From Thermoanaerobaculia bacterium (GTDB lineage Bacteria > Acidobacteriota > Thermoanaerobaculia > Multivoradales > UBA5704), in contig JBBRUC010000002.1 of assembly GCA_038248205.1 (NCBI GenBank), forward strand, positions 1,571-65,570: a DNA stretch of 64,000 bases, read 5' to 3'. Positions within the stretch are counted from its first letter, which is position 1, and each line of letters opens with the position of its first letter. The translations under genes were made by a program, and so were the position numbers. Positions 27,729-36,991 of this stretch are shown here, piece by piece. The notes beneath the pieces were generated by a model, which saw only the letters and a program-made list of their open reading frames with translations, had not been told where the DNA came from and did no database searches.

Positions 27729-29498
27729 ATGAACCGGCCGGTGATCCGAGTAGGTCTCGACGGCCAACCCACGGCCCTGTCGGTGACTCAACTCTCTCAA
27801 CGGCCCCTATCCGATCTGGAGCCGGTGGGGCGAGAGGCGGACATCCTCGCCTGCCTGAGCCTCGGCGGCGACCGTGGCATGAGTCTGGAGGATGTAAGGG
27901 TTTTTCTCGAACTCAAACCCGGAGAAGCCGGGCGAATCGCGTCAAAGCTGGCATCGGGTGGCGTCTTGCGTGAATTGGGAGGCGATGTCCTCGCGGTTTG
28001 GCCGCGAATGATTCGCAGCACACTTCTGCGGACGGTTTTCTTCTCGGGAAACGCCTTTGAAAGGGATTTTCGGAACCTTATCGACAAGGCACCGAGCCTA
28101 CCGAAAGCGGTTGAGGCGATCCTCTCGGCGATCACAAGCGGCGGCGAGATCGACCGCGACGAGGTTCGAGAGCTGGTAAGGGGGGCCGGCTCGATTCACG
28201 CCTGGAATCTGCTCGCAGCTCTAGACGAGCGGCATGCGGAGTGGGTGCTTGAGAATTACCCCGGCGATGTTCGTGACGTGGCTGCCGGTGCCCTGGCGAA
28301 GGCGCCGGATTTCGCAATCCGCAAGATCCTTGAGACGTTGGATTCTCGTGTAAAAGGCGGCGAGAGGGATCGAGTGGAAGATTTCGGTCCGTTGGCAGCC
28401 TGGATCGAAGATCTTGAGGTTGCGCGATACCAGCACAGCCAGCTCGTGGTGCGGCGAAAAATGCTCGCCCAAGCAGCGCGAGATTTCCTGTCGGAAGGGG
28501 GATCGCCGGGGATCGGTTTGCGCGCCATTCTTCTTGCGCTCTCGGCAAAGCTAAGATCCCAGTGGCGAGACCCCGGAGCCGGGCAGACTCTTTCGGACCA
28601 ATTCGGTCTTCTCTCCCTTGGCCAAATCGAACAGCTGAACACTCTATGGGGCGAGACTCGCGGCGCCGTTCGTGAAATCGACGACTCTGCCTGGCAGCAC
28701 CTGGTATCGGCCGCATGGGATTGGGCTGATCCGGAGTCCGTCATGATGGAGAGAGTTGACGAGCCATTGAGACGCGCTATCCATGGTTTAGGTGAGCGGG
28801 TTGTCCGAGATCTCGCTCCCCTGGCTCGGTCGAGTCCGGGGCTCTCCGCGGGTTTCTCCGAACTCGCGATTCGGCTGAACATTGAGCTGCCGGTCGATCG
28901 GGATCCTGGGTTTGAGTTTCTCTTTCCGGGCTGGACCGGCCCGGCTGAGTCTGTGTACTGCCGAGAGATTGAAGCGCAGCGGGTGCGCGAGTGGGCGGAA
29001 ATGTGGAGTGGATTTGGGCCGACAAGGGCCACGCAGTGTCTGGCCTTTTTCTTGAGCGAATGGAGGCGCATCGGTAAGGTGGACGCTGGCCGACTAGGGT
29101 CGGTTTGCCGGGCTCTCGCCGACGCTACCGAGCTTCGTCTTCCTTGGCTGGAGGCGTTCCTCGCAAGAGGCCTCGAAGGAGTTTTCGTCCGACCTTTCTT
29201 GCGCCTGGCCGTCGAGCAACTCGAGATCGGCTGGGAGAATTCACTCGAGGAGTGCCTAGACACCCCGAGATTGGGGCGGATCGCGCTTTGCGCAGCCCTG
29301 AAATCACCGGTTCTCTCGGCCGACCTCCTCACGAAAGTCCTAACGATTGCAGCGCAACATCCTGAGGAAATCCACTCGTTGAGTTGTGATCGAAAAATTC
29401 CCACTTCGACCCTCCGCCTCCTCCTTGAGCATCCATCGGCGGAGGTGGCGCTCGCGGCCGCGGCCGGGGGGCGCAGCTTGCTGACCGTCAACGCATGA
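27729..29498 (+). CDS. Large all-alpha hypothetical protein with a possible N-terminal winged-helix
   Basis: Internal ATG (M31 of ORF 27639). Segment ILACLSLGGDRGMSLEDVRVFLELKPGEAGRIASKLASGGVLRE looks wHTH-like. No P-loop or nuclease motif was seen. Confidence 0.6.
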   Translation: MNRPVIRVGLDGQPTALSVTQLSQRPLSDLEPVGREADILACLSLGGDRGMSLEDVRVFLELKPGEAGRIASKLASGGVLRELGGDVLAVWPRMIRSTLLRTVFFSGNAFERDFRNLIDKAPSLPKAVEAILSAITSGGEIDRDEVRELVRGAGSIHAWNLLAALDERHAEWVLENYPGDVRDVAAGALAKAPDFAIRKILETLDSRVKGGERDRVEDFGPLAAWIEDLEVARYQHSQLVVRRKMLAQAARDFLSEGGSPGIGLRAILLALSAKLRSQWRDPGAGQTLSDQFGLLSLGQIEQLNTLWGETRGAVREIDDSAWQHLVSAAWDWADPESVMMERVDEPLRRAIHGLGERVVRDLAPLARSSPGLSAGFSELAIRLNIELPVDRDPGFEFLFPGWTGPAESVYCREIEAQRVREWAEMWSGFGPTRATQCLAFFLSEWRRIGKVDAGRLGSVCRALADATELRLPWLEAFLARGLEGVFVRPFLRLAVEQLEIGWENSLEECLDTPRLGRIALCAALKSPVLSADLLTKVLTIAAQHPEEIHSLSCDRKIPTSTLRLLLEHPSAEVALAAAAGGRSLLTVNA

Positions 29499-29645
29499 TG
29501 CGCGGGTTTGGATGAGGCAAGGTCTGGCCAGCAAAAAGGCCGCGCCTACGCCCCCTCGTGATTTCTTGGTGAGGGAATCGCCCCGCGACCGTCGTTATCG
29601 ATCTCCGAAGGCGAAGGGTCGCCTTCACAACTTCGGAGATCCGAC

Positions 29646-30725
29646 ATGTTCAAGAACGTTTCCTCTTTCTCACTCCTCCTCCTGGTTCTCGGTCTATCGT
29701 CGTCGTCCGCCTCTTCCGCTGCCCCCTCGGCGAATCCTGCCGTCCAGGAGATCGCTCGCGTCTCGAAAGCTCCCGGCAACTACGTCGCTTGGCTGGAAAC
29801 CGCCGACGGCGAAATCCAGATCGCCGTCGCCGCGAGCTATCCGAACAAGCCGCTCGCCGCGACGGCGTTCATCAAGAAGCACGATCCCGTGGAGGTCTTC
29901 TTGGCCGTTGCCTCGCCGCGCCGGGCGGTGCCGCCGGCCCTCGTGCGCGGCACCCGTTCGAAGATCGTCGACGATGGTAAGACCCGGCAGCGGCTTCGAC
30001 AGGAAAACGCCGTGGCGCTCGCGGACTTCGCCTCCGGCCTTCCGGTTCTCGAAGCGCAGGCGGGATCCTGCTCCGCCTCGTTCCGCTCCTGGGCCGGCTC
30101 GGTGTACGGTGACTCCTCCTGCGGCCAGTCGGGCCTCGCGGTGGTCGACACGGTGTATCCGACCGATACCTATTGCACCAGCGGCTGCGACTATTCGCTG
30201 GGTTCCTACGACAAGGGGACCTGTACGCCGGCTCTCGCCTCGTGCGACATCGTTCGGGGTCAGGCGACCGACGTTCGGCTCCGCACGACGACGAAAGGGA
30301 GCCCGGTGCTCGACCACCTTGGCCACCGCGCCCATTTCGGAGTCGCCAACTGCTCGGGCAACGGACCGGTCCAGTTCAACCGGAAGCGCAACGCGACGAC
30401 CACCACCGTGGCCGTTCCGGTCAACGGCATGCTCCACTACTTTCAGGGTACGTCGATCATTCCGGCCGATGCCAAAGACTTCGTCGCCTACGGCAGCTGG
30501 AAAAGCGGCACGCCGCCGAGCGGTTCGACCTACCTCGCGAACCGTATGTGGATCGATGACAACAACGGCACGAACGATCTGGCGATCGCCTGCGGCGATA
30601 TCCAGACCCGTTACGACATGTCGGACGTCTCGAGTCCGAGCTGCCACGGCGCGAACGTCTCCCTCTGCACCGGCGGCAACTGCGACAGCCCGTGCTTTCA
30701 CTGCGTCGGCGGCACCTGCAACTAA
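29646..30725 (+). CDS. Secreted cysteine-rich hypothetical protein
   Basis: Signal MFKNVSSFSLLLLVLGLSSSSASSA. Many Cys residues, including the C-terminal CHGANVSLCTGGNCDSPCFHCVGGTCN. Confidence 0.7.
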   Translation: MFKNVSSFSLLLLVLGLSSSSASSAAPSANPAVQEIARVSKAPGNYVAWLETADGEIQIAVAASYPNKPLAATAFIKKHDPVEVFLAVASPRRAVPPALVRGTRSKIVDDGKTRQRLRQENAVALADFASGLPVLEAQAGSCSASFRSWAGSVYGDSSCGQSGLAVVDTVYPTDTYCTSGCDYSLGSYDKGTCTPALASCDIVRGQATDVRLRTTTKGSPVLDHLGHRAHFGVANCSGNGPVQFNRKRNATTTTVAVPVNGMLHYFQGTSIIPADAKDFVAYGSWKSGTPPSGSTYLANRMWIDDNNGTNDLAIACGDIQTRYDMSDVSSPSCHGANVSLCTGGNCDSPCFHCVGGTCN

Positions 30726-30756
30726 AGCCCGGCGATCACTACGCAACCAGAGAATT

Positions 30757-30780
30757 CGCCGGTCGCAAGACCGGCGTTTC
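30757..30780. terminator. Putative bidirectional hairpin between convergent genes
   Basis: CGCCGGTC-gcaa-GACCGGCG followed by TTTC. The complementary side is followed by AATTCT. Confidence 0.5.
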
Positions 30781-30781
30781 G

Positions 30782-33700
30782 CTACTCGAAATATCCATTG
30801 ACGTCGAACACGAAGCTCACCGCCCCGCCCGTCAACGCCGCGCCGACGACGACCTTGCCGTCCGCGCCGATCTCGAGGATGCCGTTGTTGGCTCGCGTCT
30901 GGCCGGAGCTGAAGTTGACCTGGCTGCCTTGAGTCCCAACCGTGCCGGAAGGATAGGCGCGCAGGAAGCCCGCGCCGGTCGGGGAGATCGCGGCGATGTT
31001 GAACGCCACCGCCTGGGCGGATGCCGGAATTCCGCAGACGCCTCGGATCTCGACCACCTGGGTAAATCCGGTCGAGAGCCCCGGACCGCTCCGGCTGTCG
31101 AACGCCCGACAGGGGGTGAGGGTGTAGTAGCCGAGGCCGACGCGGAAGGTCGTGGCGTCGTGTGCACCAGGCTGGTCGGGATCGTCGGTCGTGATGTCCG
31201 TATCGTCGATCCCGTCGGCGTCGGAATCGAAATGGACCGTCGCCTGGTTCGTGATCACGGTCTCGGCAGGCGCACCCGGCAGCACCCGGAACGTCAACAC
31301 GATCGTCACCTGCCCGCCCGCCAGGATCTCGCCGGACCAGTTGATCTGGGGGACGGAAACCGAATGGCTGATGGTTCCGGAGGTCGCCGAGGAACTCTGA
31401 AACAACAGGTTCCCCGAGATCGGATCTTCAAGCTGGAGGCCGGAATTGAGCAGCTGGGCGGCCGCGCCCGTGTTCGTAAGGACGATCGTGTAGGTCACCA
31501 GGCCGCCGGCCACGAACTGACCGGAAACCCGCTTGGTGGCGGTGAGGTGCGCGCCCAAGCTCGATCGCGGTACGCGCCAGAACTCGAAGCCCGAGACGCC
31601 GTCGCTCGCGGCAAAATAAAAGTCCGGGCCGACCGCGGTAAACGCGTACGGGCTCGACGGGAGATCTCCCGGAGCGAGGTCGGCGAGCCGGCGCGTCCCC
31701 TCCGGCGAGCCGTCGGTCACCCAGGGCTCGCGGCCGTTGACGCCGTCGTCGGCCGAAAAGAAGACGAGGCCGCCGAATCCCGTGAGGTGTTGCGGCACCG
31801 ACGAGGTCGGGCCGGGGTTGATGTCGGCGAGCAGCCGTGCGTTCAGGAAGTGTATTCCCCATAGCTCACGGCCATGGTTTCCGTCTTCGGCGACGAAGAC
31901 GATGTCTTCCCCAACCCGCGTCAACTGGCGCGGCTGAGAGCCCACCGGTCCCGGATTGATGACGCGAAGACCGAAGGTGTCGAACGGATGGGTACCTCCG
32001 AAACTCGCCCAGAGTTCTTCGTTACCGGGAACCTCCGAGGCGGCGAAGACGAGGAGGCCGTTCGGTAGGGTGACCATCGTGGCGCCGCTTTCCGAGGCGA
32101 AGGAATCGGTGGGAACACTTTCGATCGAAGACGCCGATCCGAAGGCCAGGTCGCGGACGAGGTGGGTACCCCCTTCGGTGCCGTCCGAGAACCACAGCTC
32201 GCGGCCGTGTTTGCCGTCGTCGGCGGAAAAGAAAATCGCCGGGGTAGGAAGGGAATTGGGCGATACAGTGAGCTGGGTCGGGAACGATCCGGCCCGTCCC
32301 GGCCGGATGTCGGCCACGCGGTTGGCGGTCGCCCCGTTGGTCAGCCATAGTTCACGGCCCGCGGCGGAATCGTAGGCGGTAAAGAACAGCCTTCTGCCGA
32401 GCGGGGTGAAGAACGCCGGATTCGAACTCTCGGTGCCGAGGACGAGATCGAACGCGAGACCGGTGCCGCCGGGCGTCCCGTCGCTCTTCCAGATTTCGGC
32501 ACCGTGGGCGGTGTCGGAAGCAGCAAAATATGCCGATCCCGCGAAGGGCGCGAGGTAGCTCGGCTGCAAAAGGGAGGTGAGCGGCGCCGTGGTCCCCGAC
32601 GAACCTTCGGTGGCCCAAAGAGTGCGATCGCCGGACCCCTGCCAGGCGCTGAAGAGCGTCCGCGAGCCGAGCGTAACCATGTCGCCGGGGCTCGACGTGT
32701 CGAAGCCCGGGTTCACGTCGGCGAGCAGGGCGGTCCCCGCCGAGGTGCCGTCGCTCGCCGCGGGCTCGCCGCCCAGGATTCCGTCGTCGCCCGAAAAGAT
32801 CAGCCGGCCCCCCAGGGCGGCGGTGGTACGCGAATCGAGCGAACGGCCGAAGAGAGGCAGCGTGACGCCCGAACGCTGCTCGACCAGTCGTTTGATCCTT
32901 CCCGTTCCCGCCGCGGTGCCGTCGGATGAATAGAGCTGGCGCCCTTCGGGGAAGGGTCCGTCGAAGGCGCGGAAATACCAGCGCCCGCCCGAGACCACGC
33001 GGATCTCCGGTGCACCGGAGAAGCTGCCGGTATCCGAAGGATCGGCGCCCGGATTCAGATCGGCCACCTGCGCGGTCCCCGCCGCGCTGCCGTCGGTCGC
33101 CCACAGTTCGTTGCCCGAAATGCCGTCGTCGGCGAAGAAGAGCAGTTTCGAGCCGACGGGCGTCAACGCGTGAGAGCTGTAATAAAGATTGAGCCCGGAC
33201 TCGGCGCCTGTCCGAATGTCCGCCACCAGCTCGGTTCCGGCCTCGGTACCGTCGCTCTTCCACAGCTCGCGGCCGTGAGGCTCGTCGTTGGCGTGGAAAT
33301 AGACCGCGTTGCCAAATCGAGTCAGATCGTAAGGGTCGGATCCAGTGATTCCGGCAAGGATGTCCTTGACCTGTACGGTGCCGCTCTCGGTGCCGTTGGT
33401 GCGCCAGAGTTCAGTGCCCGAAACGCCGTCTTGAGCCTTGAAGAGGAGGAGCGGCCCCAACGCTTCGAAGAGGGTGGGAACCGAGCCGCCCGGGCCGGGA
33501 TTGATGTCGGCGACCCGGGTGGTTCCTGCTGCGGTGCCATCGCTCGCCCAAAGCTCATAATCGTTGGCCGCGTCGGCGGCGGTAAAAAACAGGCGCGATC
33601 CGAGGGCGGCAAAGCGCTGGAAGCCGGGAATCTGGCCGAACGAAAGGAGCGAAGCCGGGGCGCCCGGGAAGATGTCGAGCACCATCCGCGTCCCGGCAAC

Positions 33701-34363
33701 GGTGCCGTCGGTGGCCCAGAGTTCTTGGCCGTGAACGCCGTCGTCGGCGGAGAAGAAAAGGTCGGCGCCGACCACCTGCCAGGGTTGCGCCCATGACCCT
33801 TCGGGGCCGGGCCGAAGGTCGACGAAGCGTTCGGTACCCGCACCGGTGCCGTCGCTGACCCAGAGTTCCGCGCCCGCGGCAGGATCGCTGGCGGCATAGA
33901 AAACCCGCCCGCCAAGCTCTCGGAGGGCGCCGGGTTGGCTGCTGCCGAGACCTGGAACGGCATCTTTGATCATCCTCGTGCCGGCGTCCGTGCCGTTGGT
34001 GATCCAAAGCTCGGTACCGTGCGCGCCGTCGTCCGCCGCGAAGTAGAGGGACGAACCGACGACCGTCAGATGGCGCGGGAACGAGTCGCACGAGCCGGGA
34101 CACAGGTCGGTCATGCGCACCGTGCCGGCGTCGGTGCCGTCGGTCTTCCAGAGTTCCGTGCCGTAGAGGATGTCCGAGGCGGTGAAATAAACGGCGCCGC
34201 CCAGCTCAACGAATTCAGTGCCGAAGAAAGGGTCCCCGTTGTCGTAGCGGGTCGTGTTCAGGTCCGCCACCTGAACCGGAGCCTGACCCCAAAGCGGCGT
34301 CGAACCGGGGCAAGCCGCGAACGTGAGCAGCGCTGCGGAAAGAAAAGCGAAGGTATGGCGCAT
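30782..34363 (-). CDS. ELWxxDGT-repeat protein with a DUF11-like repeat and conserved C-terminal domain (paralog 1)
   Basis: Signal peptide, then about 20 repeats of G.ELW.(S/T)DGT.AGT. C-terminal block FRVGLGYYTLTPCRAFDSR...DVNGYFE. GAGG lies upstream of the ATG at 34363. Confidence 0.85.
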   Translation of the reverse strand: MRHTFAFLSAALLTFAACPGSTPLWGQAPVQVADLNTTRYDNGDPFFGTEFVELGGAVYFTASDILYGTELWKTDGTDAGTVRMTDLCPGSCDSFPRHLTVVGSSLYFAADDGAHGTELWITNGTDAGTRMIKDAVPGLGSSQPGALRELGGRVFYAASDPAAGAELWVSDGTGAGTERFVDLRPGPEGSWAQPWQVVGADLFFSADDGVHGQELWATDGTVAGTRMVLDIFPGAPASLLSFGQIPGFQRFAALGSRLFFTAADAANDYELWASDGTAAGTTRVADINPGPGGSVPTLFEALGPLLLFKAQDGVSGTELWRTNGTESGTVQVKDILAGITGSDPYDLTRFGNAVYFHANDEPHGRELWKSDGTEAGTELVADIRTGAESGLNLYYSSHALTPVGSKLLFFADDGISGNELWATDGSAAGTAQVADLNPGADPSDTGSFSGAPEIRVVSGGRWYFRAFDGPFPEGRQLYSSDGTAAGTGRIKRLVEQRSGVTLPLFGRSLDSRTTAALGGRLIFSGDDGILGGEPAASDGTSAGTALLADVNPGFDTSSPGDMVTLGSRTLFSAWQGSGDRTLWATEGSSGTTAPLTSLLQPSYLAPFAGSAYFAASDTAHGAEIWKSDGTPGGTGLAFDLVLGTESSNPAFFTPLGRRLFFTAYDSAAGRELWLTNGATANRVADIRPGRAGSFPTQLTVSPNSLPTPAIFFSADDGKHGRELWFSDGTEGGTHLVRDLAFGSASSIESVPTDSFASESGATMVTLPNGLLVFAASEVPGNEELWASFGGTHPFDTFGLRVINPGPVGSQPRQLTRVGEDIVFVAEDGNHGRELWGIHFLNARLLADINPGPTSSVPQHLTGFGGLVFFSADDGVNGREPWVTDGSPEGTRRLADLAPGDLPSSPYAFTAVGPDFYFAASDGVSGFEFWRVPRSSLGAHLTATKRVSGQFVAGGLVTYTIVLTNTGAAAQLLNSGLQLEDPISGNLLFQSSSATSGTISHSVSVPQINWSGEILAGGQVTIVLTFRVLPGAPAETVITNQATVHFDSDADGIDDTDITTDDPDQPGAHDATTFRVGLGYYTLTPCRAFDSRSGPGLSTGFTQVVEIRGVCGIPASAQAVAFNIAAISPTGAGFLRAYPSGTVGTQGSQVNFSSGQTRANNGILEIGADGKVVVGAALTGGAVSFVFDVNGYFE

Positions 34364-34456
34364 GGATTACCTCATCGAGTGCCATAGTTTAACCCACTCG
34401 AAATAGCCGCCAGGCGAGGACGAAGGCGATCGCCCGCCTCGCCGCTACGGTTTTCT

Positions 34457-34512
34457 CCTGGGTGCGCGGGCGTCTCGCCCGCACCCGCGGGCCGGAGACC
34501 CGCGTACCCAGG
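34457..34512. repeat. REP-like nested palindrome, copy B (intergenic)
   Basis: CCTGGGTGCGCGGGCGTCTCGCCCGC-ACCC-GCGGGCCGGAGACCCGCGTACCCAGG. Opposite orientation to copies A and D. Lies 94 nt upstream of the ELWxxDGT paralog 1 start and 5 nt downstream of the S41 stop. Confidence 0.9.
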
Positions 34513-34516
34513 AGGG

Positions 34517-36787
34517 TCAGCGCCCGACGACCGCCAAGCCCTGCTCGATCACCTCGTCCCGGCCGGCGATCGCGCCCGCGAGGGTTCTGGCCGCCCGGAT
34601 CGTCGGTTCGATCCCTACGCCGTTCAACGGCGAGCCGTCGCGCGTAAGAGCGCGGCGGCCGATCCAGGCGATCGTCCAGCCTCCGGGGAGGTCGCTCCAG
34701 TTGGGATCGCCGACGTTGCCGGCCGTGCGCGCGCCGACGATTTCGCCGAAGCGATAGGAGGCGATCGTTTCCAGCAGCCGTTCGCCGTTCTGGAAGGTGC
34801 GGGCGTCGGCGAGGAAGGTGAGCTTCGCCGTGATCCTGGGCGCGCGCGGCTCGACGCGGTTGACGGTCCGGAGGAAGCGCGGATCTTGCCGGTACGGGAG
34901 TTGGAAGACCGGCACCTCCCAGGTGAGCGCATCCAGGGTTCTTTCCGTGAGGTGCGAAACGAGCAGCATCGTCACCTCGCTCCAGCCGCGAAGATCGAAC
35001 ACGATGCCCCGGGCCGCGACGAGGCGCGGGAGGGCCCGTTCGAAATCCGCGTCGCGCATCTCGCGCAGATCGACATAGAGAATGCCGGGGCGGGGCTCGG
35101 CGATCGGATCGTACGCAACCGGCGGAGCGGCCGCGGTGCCTGGGTTCGGCCGGTCGAGGCTCAGCTCGAACGGTGCCGCCGCGGCGCCCTGAACGAGCAG
35201 GCGGACGGCGCTCGCCGGGGCGCCCAGGCGGACCGCGTGGAGCGCCAGGGCGCGCCGCGCCTCCTCGGTCGTGCCGGAAACCACCGCCTCGGCCGCGGCG
35301 ATCGCTTCGCCGGCCGGGCGGCCGTCGATCGCGAGAACCCGGTCGCCCGGGTGGAGATTCGGGATCTCCAGGTCGACCCGGGTGATGATCAACTGGCCTT
35401 CGAGCCATTCCCATTGGATCGGCAGCCAGGCCGGGCGCGGATCGCCTTTCTGGTCGACGTCGTTGGCGACGGGATCGTGCAGCGGGACGACCAGGTGCTT
35501 GATCGCGCGGCGAAACGGCTCGCGATCGGTCTCGTCCGCGGCCGCGAGCGCTTCGGGCAGGACGGTGCGTAGAACCGCGATCCACTCGGCGGCCGAGAGG
35601 TCGAGCGTCGCGTGAAAGTGGGCGAGCGCGCCCCAGCCGAGCAGGAGAGCGGCGATGCGGTTGTCCCGGGTATCGGGCGCGGGATCGATCGAATCCCATC
35701 GGTTCGGCCCCCTCGGTCCCAGGGCGCGCGGACGCGTATGCCGCTCCTCGTCGAGCCAGAGGGCGATCGGCACCCGGGCGGAAACGCCCCCGCCGAGGTC
35801 GAATAGAAGCGGCTCGTACGGCCGGCCGAAGCGCGGCTCGGCGACGTCATCGCTCGAAATCACGGCGCAGGCGTCGAGCGCGCACGCCGCGCCGCGGTCG
35901 AGGTCGACGTGAAAGCCCGCGCCGATCGAGTCGTACGGCAATTCCCAGCCGGCCGGCTCGGTGCCGACCTCGCCGGAATCGAAACCGCCGTTTTCGAGCT
36001 TGACCTTCGTCCGCCCGGAAAGCGGCGCGAGCGACACCTCGTCGAGCCAGACTCGGCCCTGGCCCGAAAGGACGGCGAGGACGACGATCCGATCGGCGTC
36101 CGGGGCGACTTCGCCTTCGAGGTCGACGACGCGCCAGCCGGTAGTGCCGACGATCGGCCGATCGGCCATGTTGTCGAGGAAGCCCGGCCGGCCGTCCCGC
36201 CGATCGACGCGCAGGCCGAGCTGGAAGCGGCCGCCGCTCGAAAGCTCCGCGCGGACTCTCGCGCGGAGCCGGATGCGCCGGCCCTTCAGGTCGCCGGGGA
36301 GGACGGCCTGGAAAAGCCGGCCGAAACGCGGGCTCTGACTGTCGATCCGCAGGCTGCGGAAGGCTTTGGAGGTCCCATCGAACTTGCCGCAGAAATGTTG
36401 CCAGGCGACGACCGCCTCTTCGCCGTGGGGGGCCGGACGGAGCGCCTCCGGCAGAGGAGGAACCGCGCCGGCCGGAAACACCTGGACGGTCGGCGCGAGC
36501 GGGTGGAAGAACGCTTCGAGCGAGCGGGCGAGCGTCGCCGGGTCTTCCGCCCCTTCGATCGCGGACACGCCGGCCACCGCGACCCGGTTCCAGTCGGCCG
36601 ACGCCACCTCGTCGCTCGGATGAAAGAAGCGGATCGTCGAGAGCAACTGGGCGTAGGCGGTGAGATTCTCCAACCGCCGTCCCGACGGGGCAACCCTCTC
36701 CCCGAACGATCCGGCCGCGAGCAGGAATAACCCCATCCAGAAGGTGACGGAGACTCCGATCCGGCGGTGAGAGAAACGTAGGGGCAT
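34517..36787 (-). CDS. S41 (tail-specific/tricorn-core-like) peptidase-family protein, possibly catalytically inactive
   Basis: N-terminal TM/signal. PDZ-like segment PGDRVLAIDGRPAGEA. C-terminal S41-like block GIVFDLRGW...FLADARTFQNGERLLETIASYRFGEIVGARTAGNVG...NGVGIEPT. Confidence 0.75.
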   Translation of the reverse strand: MPLRFSHRRIGVSVTFWMGLFLLAAGSFGERVAPSGRRLENLTAYAQLLSTIRFFHPSDEVASADWNRVAVAGVSAIEGAEDPATLARSLEAFFHPLAPTVQVFPAGAVPPLPEALRPAPHGEEAVVAWQHFCGKFDGTSKAFRSLRIDSQSPRFGRLFQAVLPGDLKGRRIRLRARVRAELSSGGRFQLGLRVDRRDGRPGFLDNMADRPIVGTTGWRVVDLEGEVAPDADRIVVLAVLSGQGRVWLDEVSLAPLSGRTKVKLENGGFDSGEVGTEPAGWELPYDSIGAGFHVDLDRGAACALDACAVISSDDVAEPRFGRPYEPLLFDLGGGVSARVPIALWLDEERHTRPRALGPRGPNRWDSIDPAPDTRDNRIAALLLGWGALAHFHATLDLSAAEWIAVLRTVLPEALAAADETDREPFRRAIKHLVVPLHDPVANDVDQKGDPRPAWLPIQWEWLEGQLIITRVDLEIPNLHPGDRVLAIDGRPAGEAIAAAEAVVSGTTEEARRALALHAVRLGAPASAVRLLVQGAAAAPFELSLDRPNPGTAAAPPVAYDPIAEPRPGILYVDLREMRDADFERALPRLVAARGIVFDLRGWSEVTMLLVSHLTERTLDALTWEVPVFQLPYRQDPRFLRTVNRVEPRAPRITAKLTFLADARTFQNGERLLETIASYRFGEIVGARTAGNVGDPNWSDLPGGWTIAWIGRRALTRDGSPLNGVGIEPTIRAARTLAGAIAGRDEVIEQGLAVVGR

Positions 36788-36991
36788 GGAACGTCCGTTC
36801 GTGAGGCCAGAAGTGCCTCTAGAGAAGGTTTGGCGGGAACGGAGGGGGAAACCGATCAGGCCAGCGAAAAGCGGCGTAGGCCGAGCGGAGATTCTACGGT
36901 CGCGGGGCGCCGGGACGGGCCGTCCGGGCGAGAAGGGCCAGCCGGCCCCATCGAGCGGATCTGTACGCAGGGGCGGTCTCCCGCTTCCGTT

